Shown in pieces: positions 46,260 through 59,122 of a DNA stretch of 64,000 nt. The position numbers and the translations under genes were made by a program. The stretch's first letter is position 1; every line of letters begins with the position of its first letter. A model generated the notes under the pieces. It was given only the letters and a program-made list of their open reading frames with translations, was not told the DNA's origin and ran no database searches. This DNA is from Marsupella aquatica (lineage: Eukaryota > Plantae > Marchantiophyta). The DNA lies in contig OZ316897.1 of NCBI GenBank assembly GCA_973895155.1, positions 14,569,375 through 14,633,374 of the forward strand, written 5' to 3'.

Positions 46260-48315
46260 GAAGCACATGGTGTCCTCAGCCGATTGAAAACAGTGAAATT
46301 TGTACAACAGTGAAGTCTAGGGAAGGCTCAGTTGTAGTGGGCATTATAGAAGTAGATGGTGGACCCATTCCAACGATCGCTCTGTTCACTATTTGGCTAA
46401 AGGTCCGATATCCGAAGAACCTAAAAACAGCAGCAGTGAAACTATTGGACTTCCCGTATATGGGGACTTGGAGAAATTACAGGGATGCTCCCTGACCTTC
46501 CTTCAAACATCCAAGGGACTTGGAAGAAAGCACTACCAGACTTGCCTTCCAACAAGTAGGGAGCTGGACATAACATCAGGGGTTTACGTGGAACTTGTCA
46601 ACAATCCCCTGTTTCTTTTTCCTTTTCGGAGTTGTTTTTGCTTGCTATGCATCTACTCATTACTCGCTAAGCTAGTGCCTTGCATGTAGTTGTCGTGGTG
46701 ACCTCTGTCCTCACCACTTTGACGACCGGCGAGCCTGGATTTTATAGGACGGTTGCTTTTTATACATTTGTGAAATCTTTGTAGGAATATCGTGAAGCTT
46801 TTGTCTCCAAGATCGATGTCCTTTTGTATTGAACCTGATTGAGCAGGGTTCTTCCCCTAGCAGATTCGCCTGAATCTGATTCCCTGCTGTTACAATACGT
46901 GGAAATTTTACTTGACTGTATTTTGGAATGTACATTTGGGTTAGATGAGTGGATTCTTGTCGCAGCCCCGCATATGGATTAAGATCCACAGGTTGTCCAA
47001 TTACGTCGGATTCTCTCGTGTCCTAGATGCTTATACGAACTGGGAATTCGGATGGGCCTTCATTTTTACTCAGTTATGTTTCTCCATTTGCCATTAGTCA
47101 TTGTGCACCATGTGCGAAATTGGATTTCCACGTTCACGTTGAGGAGATATAACGGTGAGAGAGGCGCTATGGGCAGAGCTTGACAATCTTTCCCGCATAG
47201 GAAGTAATTAGATGAAAGTGAGAATCTCGAAACTGAGTCCCTGTACAGCGCGCTAGGGCTAGAGCTTCAACCCTCTCGCACAGTAAACTACCAGATGAAA
47301 ATGAAATTGTAGAATCAATCGAACTGCCTCTTCACATCATTCAATGGAAAAACGGATCTAAGTTGATCTCTTCTATTGATCAAGTTGAATGAATCTAAGT
47401 TGCAGCCACGGGCTCAAATTCGAAGTGGACAAGGCCAGGATCGGTAGATTCGATCGAGAGATTCCAAATATGGAAGAGGGTAGGGCGGACCAAAATCCCA
47501 TCCGCATGGTTATTTAGCATCCTGTTGTGGACTCTCTTATCCTATCTACTCCGCCAAATAGGGATTTGAAGGTTGGAAACCCAGGAGTTTTGTGAACAGA
47601 ATAACGCCGTCGAAATAAAGTGTCCCTTCCAAAGCCGGAAGATCTAACGAACGGTAAGGCTGCACATCTCACTTGGGCCGAATGACGACGTAACACCAAT
47701 CTCGAGAAATCAGCAGAGCGGGTTACAATGTTGGTTCCGCGAACGGTATGGTCCACACATCTCATTTGGGCCGAATCGACGACTTGTTGCGCGTATTCAG
47801 AAACCAACAGGATGGGGTTACAAGATGGGCTATGTAAACGGTGATTCACTGAAAAACAAGAGATCGCAGTAATGGAATTGCACCACACGAAGTCCAGACA
47901 GGGAAACACTTAAATCAACTCACGAAGTTTTTATACCCGTTTGGACCATACGAGCTATCGAGAAGAAAGCCTCCGTGTCAAAGACAAGTGCTTATATTCT
48001 TACTGCCGCAAATGAAACAAAGCCTACCAGTTACAGAAAAAGTAACTCATGTGACTCCTTTACCGCAAATTTCGTACTGCTTCCCGCCCTCTACATACAA
48101 ATCTCGGTTTAGTTCTGCTCCCATATCTAATCATTAGGGATTTGAAGTTCTAGGTCACCCACAGCCGAGCATAGAATACTGGCAAAACTACAAGCTTGAG
48201 GTATAACTTGACAGTGGCTCTCTCGATGAACTGACCTGTGCATGGTACAAAATCTTTTAACATCGCAAAGAATTATCCTCAAGCTAGGGTAGACATGCCG
48301 ATAACTATCGTGAAA

Positions 48316-49863
48316 CTATACATCAACTAGCGAGGGTTGGAACGCATAAAGCCCTTCGGGGTAGTATTTGCCACACAGATCAGGAAGTTGAGTCCAAGTA
48401 TCGTCGCTGGGGTTATGGGCAAGCACTCCGAAACCAAGGCACTTGTCGACATGAAAATTTGGAAGATAATAGCCGCTCTCGCAACTATAAGGCCAGCTGT
48501 TCTCGGGGTAGATCCCTGCAACATAGAACTGGTCCCCCTGCCCAACACACCAGTCCCCAATCATGAGGTCCCTTACGTCTGGAAAAAGCTCCACAGGCAT
48601 TCTAGAAGCCACAAATGGCACCACTTTACCGTCCTTCGTGAGCTCACTGGTAAACATCTGAGTCTGATCTCTTGCCCTCCTTTGCACGATCAGAATGCGG
48701 CCCTGATACTCAACAAGCTGAAAGAGTATGCTATTCCGCCTTGCCAACGGAATAGCGTACCATTCATCATTCTCCACATCATATCTCACAACACTCCAAG
48801 GCCTCATGGTTTCAAATCTCCCCGCTACCCAATCGTCGATGAATACCCCCGGCTCACCCCAATTATCCATCCACGTCTGTTTGCTGCAACTGATAAAGTA
48901 GACAAAGCCATTACTGGCCACAGGCTTCCCAGTTCTCCAGAACCTCAACCCTTTGGGTACATCACCACCTTTCTTCCAGGAATTCGTCAACGAGTCATAA
49001 ACAAGCGTGCCCCTCTCACTGGAACTCCCCGGGAGTGTCACCCCTGCAACCACGAGCTTGTAGTTCCTGCCTTCCCTGTCCATCGACATCCCAACCACCC
49101 CCTCCTTGTCGAGTGTAGACAAGTTACAAACCTTGATTCTACTAGTGCAGACTCCAGTTTCGTACACAATCTCAGAATGGAGAGGAACGACGGAGATGGA
49201 GTCATGCAAAATTTTGCAGGGCACCTGAAGTCGTCGAGACTGCTTGGTGACAGGATTGCAAACCAAAAGCTCCCCAGCAATGCCAGTTTTAAAGCACAGC
49301 AGACCCCCAGCTGAGACAAGCAACGACAACAAGTTGCTTGGGGTTTCCAGGAACGCCAAGGAGATCTGCTGCCACGAGTTCCTCCTCTTGTTGAAGACGG
49401 TGGAAGGGACGTCCTCGTGGAAGTACAGAGGCACGCATTTTCGTTTGCAGTCCTGCTTAGAAAAGTTAAATCCAACTGAGAGAATGGTCGCATTCCATCT
49501 CTTGCATACACTGCGAAACCTAACTAGGGAAGGGAAGGGCAGCTTCTCCAGCACCCGTGCGTGGAGGTCATCCGGCAAAAGCCCCCACACGCCAGGATCG
49601 ATTTGGATACCGTCTCCTTCCTCCTCCTCCTTCTTCCTGCCTAGACTTCTTGGGTACCCTGTCGACTCGGTCCAGAACGAAGACCTCACTGCGAATTCCT
49701 CCCCACAATTCTCCAGAGGCCGAGGACGTTTGACCCCACTAGGAAAGTAATGCTCCAGGTTCTCCAGGGATTTCTTCTCAACCACTGCGTCGGAACAGCT
49801 GCTGCTACTACTACTATTAATGCTACTCATGGCCGAGATTTCCCCTTCCATGGAACTTACCAT
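48316..49863 (-). CDS. F-box protein with C-terminal kelch-like/beta-propeller region, intronless
   Basis: VWGLLPDDL..VLEKLP..LVRFRSVCKRW F-box; SAGGLLC, VCNPVTK, YDSLTNSW. Confidence 0.92.
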   Translation of the reverse strand: MVSSMEGEISAMSSINSSSSSSCSDAVVEKKSLENLEHYFPSGVKRPRPLENCGEEFAVRSSFWTESTGYPRSLGRKKEEEEGDGIQIDPGVWGLLPDDLHARVLEKLPFPSLVRFRSVCKRWNATILSVGFNFSKQDCKRKCVPLYFHEDVPSTVFNKRRNSWQQISLAFLETPSNLLSLLVSAGGLLCFKTGIAGELLVCNPVTKQSRRLQVPCKILHDSISVVPLHSEIVYETGVCTSRIKVCNLSTLDKEGVVGMSMDREGRNYKLVVAGVTLPGSSSERGTLVYDSLTNSWKKGGDVPKGLRFWRTGKPVASNGFVYFISCSKQTWMDNWGEPGVFIDDWVAGRFETMRPWSVVRYDVENDEWYAIPLARRNSILFQLVEYQGRILIVQRRARDQTQMFTSELTKDGKVVPFVASRMPVELFPDVRDLMIGDWCVGQGDQFYVAGIYPENSWPYSCESGYYLPNFHVDKCLGFGVLAHNPSDDTWTQLPDLCGKYYPEGLYAFQPSLVDV

Positions 49864-50652
49864 CGTTTCACTTCACTTCAGCTGCAGCACCTCAAACAGA
49901 ACACAACCCAAATCAACCCAACACAACAAAACAAGACAAAAAGCAACACAACGCAACACAACACAACACAAAGCGACCTGAAACTTCAAAACAGTCACCC
50001 AATCTCCCCCTCTCTCTCACCCACACACCCGATTACCAAACGGACTGGCCAACTGCCGGGCTGCCGCTAGAGTGTTACGGTTGCTGAAGGAAGAGAACTT
50101 TACGACCCACAGAGTTCCGACAGCCACCGACCCACATAATCCGGTTCACTTGCAAACAACAGTTGCGAACTTTCGTCTCTCCCTCAGCGGCGGACCACCC
50201 GGAAAAGAAGGAACAAGATCGATTCGAGTGAAACATGAATCGATTTTCATGGCAAACGACAACACGGCACAGGAAAGGGAAAGGGAAAGGGAATCGAGGT
50301 AATGAGGTTCCGAAATGTCAGCAACAACAATGGTACGTGGCAGTGGCCGCCATGGAAAGCATGAAAGATTGAAAGAAGAACAGCTTTTCACAGCGTTTGG
50401 TTCGTTCTTCATTCAGTCAAGCAGTGCTGATTGACTGACTGGCTGGCTGGGTGGCTGGCTGACAGATTTCTCCTGCCCTAAAGAAGAAAAGACCAATCAA
50501 TTTTGGAATCCACATGAGCTCGAAAGGAGAACCACTTTCGTGGCGGTTCACTATTGGTTCTTCATCACTGTTTTCATTCATTCAAGGCGGACCTGAAGAC
50601 TACACTAACTCACTCAATAATCGACACTCTGCATGTCCAACCGAAAGAAGTA

Positions 50653-50831
50653 GAGGGATTTGCTTATCAGACCCCACAACGAATTGCCTTACTTGATAGG
50701 ACCCTGAAGTTTTGGGTACATTAATCCAAGGTCAATCAACATCGATCCAAGAATCAACAGTAAGTCTGGATCACTCAGGGGTCCTACCAAGTAACATGTT
50801 TCATTTTGTGATCTGATCAACCAAATCCCTC
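50653..50831. mobile_element. Mutator-like MITE
   Basis: TIR GAGGGATTTG/CAAATCCCTC with 10-bp TSD GAAAGAAGTA. Confidence 0.8.
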
Positions 50832-50969
50832 GAAAGAAGTAACAATTCATTAAGCAACGGAAATTTGGCCATCACATCTGAAAGAAGCAACAATTCATTA
50901 AGGAATGGAAATTTGGCCATCACAACTGAAAGAAGGAACAATTCATTAAGGAATGGAAATTTGGCCACC
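50832..50969. repeat. 48-bp tandem repeat, about 3 copies
   Basis: GAAAGAAGnAACAATTCATTAAGnAAYGGAAATTTGGCCA units. Confidence 0.9.
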
Positions 50970-50994
50970 AAGCTGGTTACAGGAGGTAGTTCAG

Positions 50995-51145
50995 GAGGTA
51001 TTTGCTTGATGGACCCCAAAATGAAAAATTATATTTTATGGGACCCTGAGGTTTTGGGAAAGTTGATTCAAAGGGTCTGGATCACTCAAGGGTACAATCA
51101 AGTAATTTTATTTTTTATTTTAGGGACTCATCAAGCAAATACCTC
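50995..51145. mobile_element. Second MITE of the same family
   Basis: TIR GAGGTATTTGCTTGATG / CATCAAGCAAATACCTC; internal similarity to 50653-50831. Confidence 0.75.
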
Positions 51146-52449
51146 AGGTTACCCTAGTGGTGATTAGTTTAGTGCAAAAAAGAATTACTTCTTCACTATA
51201 ATTACTGTTATGTGAGAATTAGCATTACTCCCAAATCAGTGTTACTAACACTAATTTTTGTAAAGTGATGTTGAGTCCAGGTAACACTATTTTTGTCGGT
51301 TTTTCAAAGTAGCATTTTTCCAATTTTGTTTAAAGTGCTAGTAAAAAATGGGTGATCTTGTCCAGAGTAACACTAATTCTTGTGGATTTTTCAAGATAGT
51401 TTTTTTCCACTATTTTGCAACTCTTGAGACAATAGTAACACAAATTCATGTGCACAAAATTAGTGTTATAACAAAATTAGTGTGAGTGACAAGACTTCAT
51501 GAGTAGAGCCCGGGAATACCTGCTCTCAAATATGTGAGTAACACTAATTAAGGTGAACAGTGTAATTTTTATTTTTAGGTCCTTGTCCAATAAATGGGAA
51601 AACTACCAACAATTTAAAGAAAGGGAATAAGCAAAGTACAAAAAGAAACGAAAGCAAAAGAGTTCGAAAGACAACAAACACTAAATCTAGGCAAATGCAA
51701 CCCCAAAAACCAAGGACAAGGGGGAAAAAACTAAAAATAAATAAGGGGACTTCTAAAAAACTCTAGGTTGAGAATATGATTGGATTGGGGGGGAATTTAA
51801 TTTTAGATGAGACAGCCTGAACATTTTCAAATGAGGTGAAACGCTTAGTTGAAATTGGTCCCTAACACGTGCTTCTGCTAGGTGTCCACTAAGTACCGGA
51901 AAAGGTTTAAAAAGGCAGACTACTTTTGGCTAGCAAAAATTAGAATGGCGACCTGCCACAGTCTGGAGCGATTTACATAAATGGAAATTGGGCGGATACT
52001 AAACTCTAGATTAAACAACGTGGATTTTTTTATATGAGGCGGAATGGTCCCAAAAAATCCAATTTTTTTATAAATTGGTTGGGAACACAGTTTTTAGCTA
52101 GATGTCAGAAAAATACCAAGAAAGGTAAACTCATAAAAGGGTTTTAATTTGGGAAAATTATAATGGTCACCTGCAATAGCGCAATAGTGGTTTTTTAAAA
52201 TGAAAGATAGTGAACCAGGTTACAACTACAACATGCCCAATGATAATTGCATATTGTGTTGGAGACTTAAAGCCTAGTTAATTGATGCTAACTTTCCTCT
52301 ATGTCATAGACAGTGACCAGACCAAAGAGCCCTGTGTTGCATGGAGACTCCGCAAATCATCTTTGGCCTCCATATTACTTTTTTTACAAAAAAAGTTACC
52401 TGATCCCAATACCCTACCCTTGCATGCATAGAATTTTTTTCTCTGCAAT

Positions 52450-52984
52450 TTTTTAAGCATTTATAGATTATCCCATGTAACCCCACGGATGTGGGGAAGC
52501 CAGGCAGGCCACAAGCACATAAAAGGTAACATGCGGGGAGCAATCACCCCACCAGTCAGCAGAAGCAGCCTATCTACGATCAGGGCACCCCAAAGTAACA
52601 AAAAAGGACAACACAAACTACAGGAGCTGGCCCAGTCATCTAAATAAAAGATGAAAGCCATAAGGGCCCCCAACACAATCTGTCATCTCTGCCCAAAATA
52701 CAGTAGCATGTGCCCTTGCAGAGCCACACTAAGCTTTTAGCAATGATATTCTCCCGGGCCCTGAGATGTTGGGAGAGACATCTGCCAGCCGTCAGATTGT
52801 CGCAAACACGGTAGAGAACATCAATCACATCAAATTTATGTCGGCCCCCCAGGCTAAGCATGTGTTCATTTCTCCCAGTCCAAAGGGTAGTGGTGGACCT
52901 TGCCACCCAGCGCCCTCACCAATCCCAGCACTTGCGCCTAAGTGCCCTTGGTGCCCGAACGCCTCCACGGAATACCTCGAGCAA
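52450..52984 (-). pseudogene. LINE 3' end remnant
   Basis: LWTGRNE resembles LWMGRNE in the adjacent LINE C-terminus; T-rich 3' UTR. Confidence 0.45.
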
Positions 52985-52992
52985 GCATCCAA

Positions 52993-54834
52993 CTCGGGGG
53001 GGTCACTATATGAAGGGTCATACATCACGTGCGACGGTTTGGGTCATTTATGACCCCCCTAAGTCACTTTCTAGAAAGTTGTACGGCACCAATCATGTGA
53101 TGACACGTATGCATTTTGCAATTAAACAACCCTATATTTCCATAGAAGACTTAATAAGTCTTCCGCCAAAGATGGCAAGGCCTAAAACAGAGGGCGGACT
53201 TGGTTTCAAAGACTTCCGCACTCACTCTGAGGCTCTACTTACCCAATGGTTCATGAAGGCTTTGGATTGCCCCACTGCTGAATGGTCGCTATTGCTGCAG
53301 GCTAACCTTGATCTCATGGGCTGGAGGCTTTACAAGGTGATACGTCGGAACAATTACACTTTCCAGGATAAGCTACTGATGTGTTCGCCACGGGCTAGCG
53401 GAGGAATGCCTTACACATGGGGCCTGTGGATGGCTTGGGAGGCCTTAAGGCGTGGCCTCTCTTTTGTGCCCGGTGTGGACGGTATACCTGGCAGATGGAG
53501 CATTCAGGACTCTATTCGATGTCTCGCCGGGCCCCACTCCTGGCCGGTCACTGATTTGGAGGAGGTCACAAAGACCTTAGGGAGACTAGGAATCAGGAAA
53601 ATAGCTGACTGCTGGTCTGGGGGCTCAGGGGTATGGATCGACCTTTCTTGTCGCTGGCATTATCTTAGAGGTGTCTCTGAAGAATGTAAGTCATAGTGTG
53701 CACTCATACTGGATGTCATCCTTCGTGGCCACTCCTGCTGGCTGGACCTGGAACCGAGTGCTAGGCAGTGGCGCTGGGCTGACACTCGGGATTTCTCAAA
53801 GTCCTTTCGAATTAACAACCAGCGAGCTTACGAACTCTTGAGGGACAAAAGCACTGACTTTGAGAGATGGAATCGAATTTGGGGATGCAGGCGATCGGAA
53901 ACAGAATGGAATTCTGTCTGGACTCGAATTTGGACTTCTGATTTGTCTTCCAGGGCAAAAACATTCATTTGGCGCTTGATAGTTGGTGGTCTCTTCATGG
54001 GATCTTGGGCTGCTAAGATTGGTGCAGGCTCAGGTATATGCCATGTTTGCCCTGGGAGAATTGAAAGCATCCCCCACCTTTTCTTTGGCTGTGCTCACGC
54101 CATGCTCTGTTGGGGAATCGGAGAGTCCAGCTCCTTGAGACAACTGTTTGGCAAGGGTTGGGGTAGCCTGGAACTCCTTGTTGCTACTGATTCCAGAACA
54201 CACACCCAATCTGCCTGCCTTTTCCTGCATTATCAAATGCTGTGGGCTCTTTGGATGGGACGAAATGAGCAGATTTTTGGGAAAAAGGTGATCCGAGTAT
54301 TTGACTTTGGGCTGGTCCTATCGGAAACCGAGACTCACTTGCGGGCTGCGGGCTGGTGCCTCCCCATTGGTGGGCGGCGCATCAGACTGGCTAAGGCTAG
54401 GGATCTCATAGCTTTAGAACGACGACAGTGGTTTGCTAGGAGTACTGGCAGAGTCACCTCTGTGGCTGCGTTGCTGGTCTAGGAGTGATAGCTATTGGAA
54501 GAGGTCGAATGGGATACCTCGCTTTACCGGCTCTAGGGCTCTAGAAGTTGACATGATGTATGGGTCACTCACATTTTGGGCCACTAGGTTTAGTCCCCCC
54601 TTTTTTCTTTTTTTTATTGTGATTCTGGCCTTTGCTTTTGCCGCTGGCCTCCCTGAGGGAGTTGTTCTGATGTATCTATGGGGCTGTTTGCTTCCCCCCG
54701 GCCGTGGGGTTTTCGCGGTCTCACCTTTTATTATAAAAAATATTTTCCCAGGAAGTCTTCCGCCAAAACCATTTAAATGGCCATATACTTCGTCGCACAT
54801 GATATGCCACTTCCATGGAAGTGACCCCCCTGAG
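52993..54834. mobile_element. Non-autonomous CTC-RGGGG family TIR element containing a LINE fragment
   Basis: Imperfect ~55-bp TIRs (CTCGGGGGGGTCAC.. / ..GTGACCCCCCTGAG) and 8-bp TSD GCATCCAA (52985-52992, 54835-54842). Confidence 0.85.
53171..54740 (+). pseudogene. 5'-truncated L1-clade LINE (ORF2 C-terminus with zf-RVT, 3' UTR, short A-rich tail)
   Basis: PKTEGGLGFKD, WTRIW..KTFIWR, CHVC..ESIPHLFFGC; 15-bp direct repeat AAGTCTTCCGCCAAA at 53156 and 54753. Confidence 0.85.
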
Positions 54835-56180
54835 GCATCCAAGTGCCTCTAGCACCACTAGCGGCCACTCCCATACGAAGCCGCACTTGCTCACCTACAC
54901 GACCGCTACTCAACGGTCCTCACTGTCTGCACAAGCAACCAAACACCTCGGTAAGTAACCCCTCCAGATCTAGAACTCGCCAAGTCTAGCATCCTAACTC
55001 AAGCTCAACAGACGTTGGTAAATAGGTCAGCGATAGGTCCTCCCGATGCCATAAGCCGGAACCAGAACCCACGCCCACTATCCGTCTAGGACAGCTCATT
55101 CCTTGGGCGCGGCCCGGGTTCCCCCTCGTACCTATCCATCATCAACTGATCACTCTGACCTCAGGACATGCTCATGGCCCAATTAGCGTAGCTTGTCCTA
55201 AAGCTTGTCCCAAGCTTGTCTCAACACGCCGGGACCAAAACGGCCCCGACTCTAACACCGACTTCCGGTTTGCCCCACTGATGGTCTAGGGACCGAGCGC
55301 CCTTGGGACTCAGCCTCCATACCTACTTGGCCTTGCCTCCCCAATGCAAGCTCCCTTGGGAGGCTGAACGCGGCTTGACTGCTGTTCGGCAGGATTTGGC
55401 AAACGGGCGAGCTAACACCCGCAAACCACGAGAACCCATGGCACCGCCAGACCCAGCTGAGCTCAAGAGGTCGTAACCCTCCTCAAGAGCTTTCCAACGC
55501 ACCTAAGAAGTCCTCCAACGGACTTCCCGTTGGGAAGATATCGTCATTTCCGTTTGGCGATTTCCCTTAGTGTCGCGACCGCAGCGGCTCACGACTTCGG
55601 CTCGCCCTTAGCCCCCAGGGAGACACCACTCCCTCATATATGCTTCTGGGGACCTGCCACCCCCGGACCAGCTTTGGTCCCGAAACATTTGGCCCCCAAC
55701 CCGGATCCCATCGCGCATAATGGGCGTGCCACCAACTGGCAACGCCCATAATTTTCTTGATAGGCATCCGCAAGCGGAGTGCCTTAGCCCGTTGTGACCG
55801 GGCCGACCCAGTGCTCATGCCTAGGCCCTCAGGTCCGATCGGCCCCACCCGGATTGGGCCACAACTTGCGCCCCAAGCGTCCGTTGCCAATGGCAACAAC
55901 TCCATTGGCCTTGGGCCCAAGAGGAGCTCACTCCCAAGCCCTCAGAACTCAAAGCCCATCCGATGGTCCGGACGGCCACCCTTGAGCCCGGCCCATTTCC
56001 CCTTGACCCAACCAACCATAGGCTAGTCCAAGTCCTTAGTGTGTGTCCCCAGCTTGGCCCCTTGCCTCGCTAGTGCCACGTCTCATTGCCCACAAGTCTC
56101 CCCATGCTAAGTCCTCCCCGGATGGCCTATCCAGGCCTGGACCATAAGGGAACTCGGCGTCGGAGTCAGCGACGTCGAAG

Positions 56181-57400
56181 CTAAGTGTTAAGGTAGTCGA
56201 GTTCCGCGACTAGGGTCCACAGAACTTGGAAGATCAGGTACGTGCAAAGAGGATGAATCAGCTCCTTGCTGGAAGTTCTTCTAGCAAAGCACACAATGCA
56301 ACACTTGTGCAAAAAAGTAAACCTTGAAAAGCACCATTGAACGAAAGCCCAACATCTGTGCACATGCACACACTCACAAAACAGATGAGGAATAGACTCC
56401 ACCACTCCCATACAGAGCTTGCAGTCCCATACACCATGGTCGATCCGCAAAGCCTGTTCCCTGGTGAACAGACCTCGAGCAGGCACCCACCACATGAAAG
56501 TTTTGCGCCGAGCAGATAAGTCAAAAGCCCACAGATGAGACCAGTTGTGTGCCCAATCCATATCAGACTGAGCCACCCCCCCTCCCCCCAACATCGATTG
56601 AGTGCCTCCACAACCAGCCCCTTACCTGTAGATCGGAAGTAAACTAGAGAACTTCTCTATAGTAAGCCCCTTCAATGCCCCCACAATAAGCTCTTTAGGT
56701 GTAAGATCGGTGTCTAGTACAATCGGAAGTTCTCCAATTTAAACACTTTCATAGGCTCCATTTTATCCTCCCATCTGCATTGGTCAATGCTTATGTCCAA
56801 TTCAAAACAACAATGGTGCACCTGGTAATCAGGGCAAGAAATTCAGTACCCAATGCCAAGACCGAAGCAATGAAGCCCCTGATCAGCAATAAGCATCCAA
56901 ACAGATCACGCACAACATCCCATGTCCTCATCCTAGAGGTCCCTAATGGCCCGAACACCCAATCGTCTGCACAACTTGGTAATAGCAGAAATAGTTTCAT
57001 TTGGGAGAGAGTGAAAACTTCTCACACATGGCAATCCTCCATTGACCACCACCTAGGGAAACCCAAGGCCCCTAGGACAAAGGACAAATCCAAGTCTTCC
57101 ACAATCCCCTAGTATATGGTAAGCAACCCATAGTTGGAAAAGAGAGCAGCAATTTGTCTTGGAATGAGCATTGATTCCTTCTCAATACCTTGTAATTCAT
57201 CTTGCCAACAAGTTGTTGGAGTCCAATAGTCTAGCCCATTCCAATCTAAAATCATCAAGAGCTTTAGTAAACCATTGACATAAGAGCCCAGTGTGACTAC
57301 AAAAATCTTTAAACCCAAGTGCCCCCTCAACTCTAGGCTTTGTCATCCACTTGAAGGCCACTAAAGGGATTTTCTTGCCTCCCTGAGCATTAATCCTCAC
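56181..57400 (-). pseudogene. Degenerate L1-clade LINE ORF2 C-terminus
   Basis: KPRVEGALGFKDF; WSHLW..KTFMW; CKLC..ESIPHLFCEC. Confidence 0.8.
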
Positions 57401-57619
57401 AGAAAGTCATGACATGATGCAATCATCTTCTTAGGAAGGGCTTTTGAGGACCGGAGAAACATCATATGATAAATATGATTGCTTGTAACATGTGTCAGAC
57501 AAGAACAGCCTGCCCAGTGAAAGACAAGAACATAGTCAACCACAAAGATAGCCAAGCTCCAATCCTAGTTAGACAAAATGAGTGAAGTTGGTTTATTTTC
57601 AGCCCCACCTCCATTGGAG

Positions 57620-59120
57620 CATTAGGTTGGCTAAGAACAAGTGCTTGGGCCCCGATGGGGTTCCAGTGGAATTTTTTGTTGCAAATTGGCCCCTTGTGGG
57701 CCCCTCCCTGCACCGTGCACTACTGCAAGGAATGGACGATGAGTTTTTCTTGCCTGAACTCACTTGGGGCTCCATTCTTCTGTTACGCAAGAAAGGTGAT
57801 CAAAGGCATCCGACAAACAAACGCCCAATTACGTTACTAAATGTGGTCCACAAAATTGGTGCGGAGGCCTTCCAAATGAGGTTGATTCCAGTCCTGCAAA
57901 GATTCATTACACCTCAGCAATTCGCTTTTCTGCCTAGGCAAAATATCCATCATTCCCTGATGCTGCTCAATGAAATGTTACATCACGCAGAGGCCTCACG
58001 GCAGGATCACATCTTACTGAAATTGGATGTCACTAAGGCCTTTGACAAGCTCGAGTGGCCCTTTCTCCTATCTCTGATGGAGAAGGTTGGTTTTGACGGA
58101 TTGCTAATGAAATTCCTGAGGGCTATGCACGCGCGCTACTGCTGCATCGGCTGTTCTTCTCAATGGGCACCTGGCTTCCCCTTTTGGACTTGCTAGATTG
58201 GTCAGGCAGGGGTGCCCCTTGTCTCCTTTGCTTTCCCTTATTGCAATTGACGCCCTTAGTCAGATGATTAATTGGGAAGTGGGTAGGGGCGCCATTCAGG
58301 GAGTGGAGATCTAGCCCGCCATTGTACACAATGTTCACAATCTCTATGCTGATGACCTGGTCATGCTTATACGTGCACCATGGAATTTGTCGACAAATGT
58401 AAGCAGGTCTTGGATCTCTTTGGTGTGGCTTTAGGGCTGTTTTGTGCTTGGGAGAAAACCAAGGCAACATACATCTCTCCTAGAAGAATGCCGATTGAAT
58501 TCAGGCGCCTTCCTTGGACGTGGGCAAATGAATTCTATGCTTCTAAGCTCCTCGGGATTCCAATGGCTCAATCTATCTCCAAAAATCAAATGGTACAGTC
58601 CCTGACGGAGAAGCTGGAGTCTACACTAGATAAAGTTTGTAGGAGTTTGGGATCGTTAATTGCAAGGGTAACCGTGGCAAACCATCTTGTCATGAGCACC
58701 CTGTGGTTCATGCTCACTGTTTGGGCTGGACAGCTACACACTTTGGCCGACATGCAAAAGAAGATTACAACTTTTGTGTGGCAGGACAGAACTCAAGAGC
58801 CCGCTCGAGAGTGGACTTTGCCACAATCACGAAGCCTAAACACCTGGGAGGACTTGGCCTGGTTTCACTTGCTACGCAGTTTAGAGCACTGGCTGGGAAT
58901 TTCATCATTTGGGCATTGGCCGAAGGGGACCACCCTCTGCGCAGAATCCTACAACATGAATTGAAGCAGCTATCAATACAGAAGTGGGGAGCGGAAGATT
59001 ACTCTTGGGTTTTTTTTCAGTGTCATACGCTACCGAAAGGTGGATCCCGTGTTTGAATCAACATTTGCACTGGATGGAATGTCATTAAGAAGAATTTTTG
59101 ACTTGCATCCCCAGGGCACT
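57620..59120 (+). pseudogene. L1-clade LINE reverse transcriptase fragment
   Basis: GPDG, RPITLLN, KLDVTKAFD, RQGCPLSP, YADD, GGLGL; frameshifted. Confidence 0.9.
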
Positions 59121-59122
59121 TG

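Noticed and set aside
48337-49314. 325-aa ORF antisense to the F-box gene
   Set aside because: No recognisable domain; explained as an antisense shadow of the coding strand.
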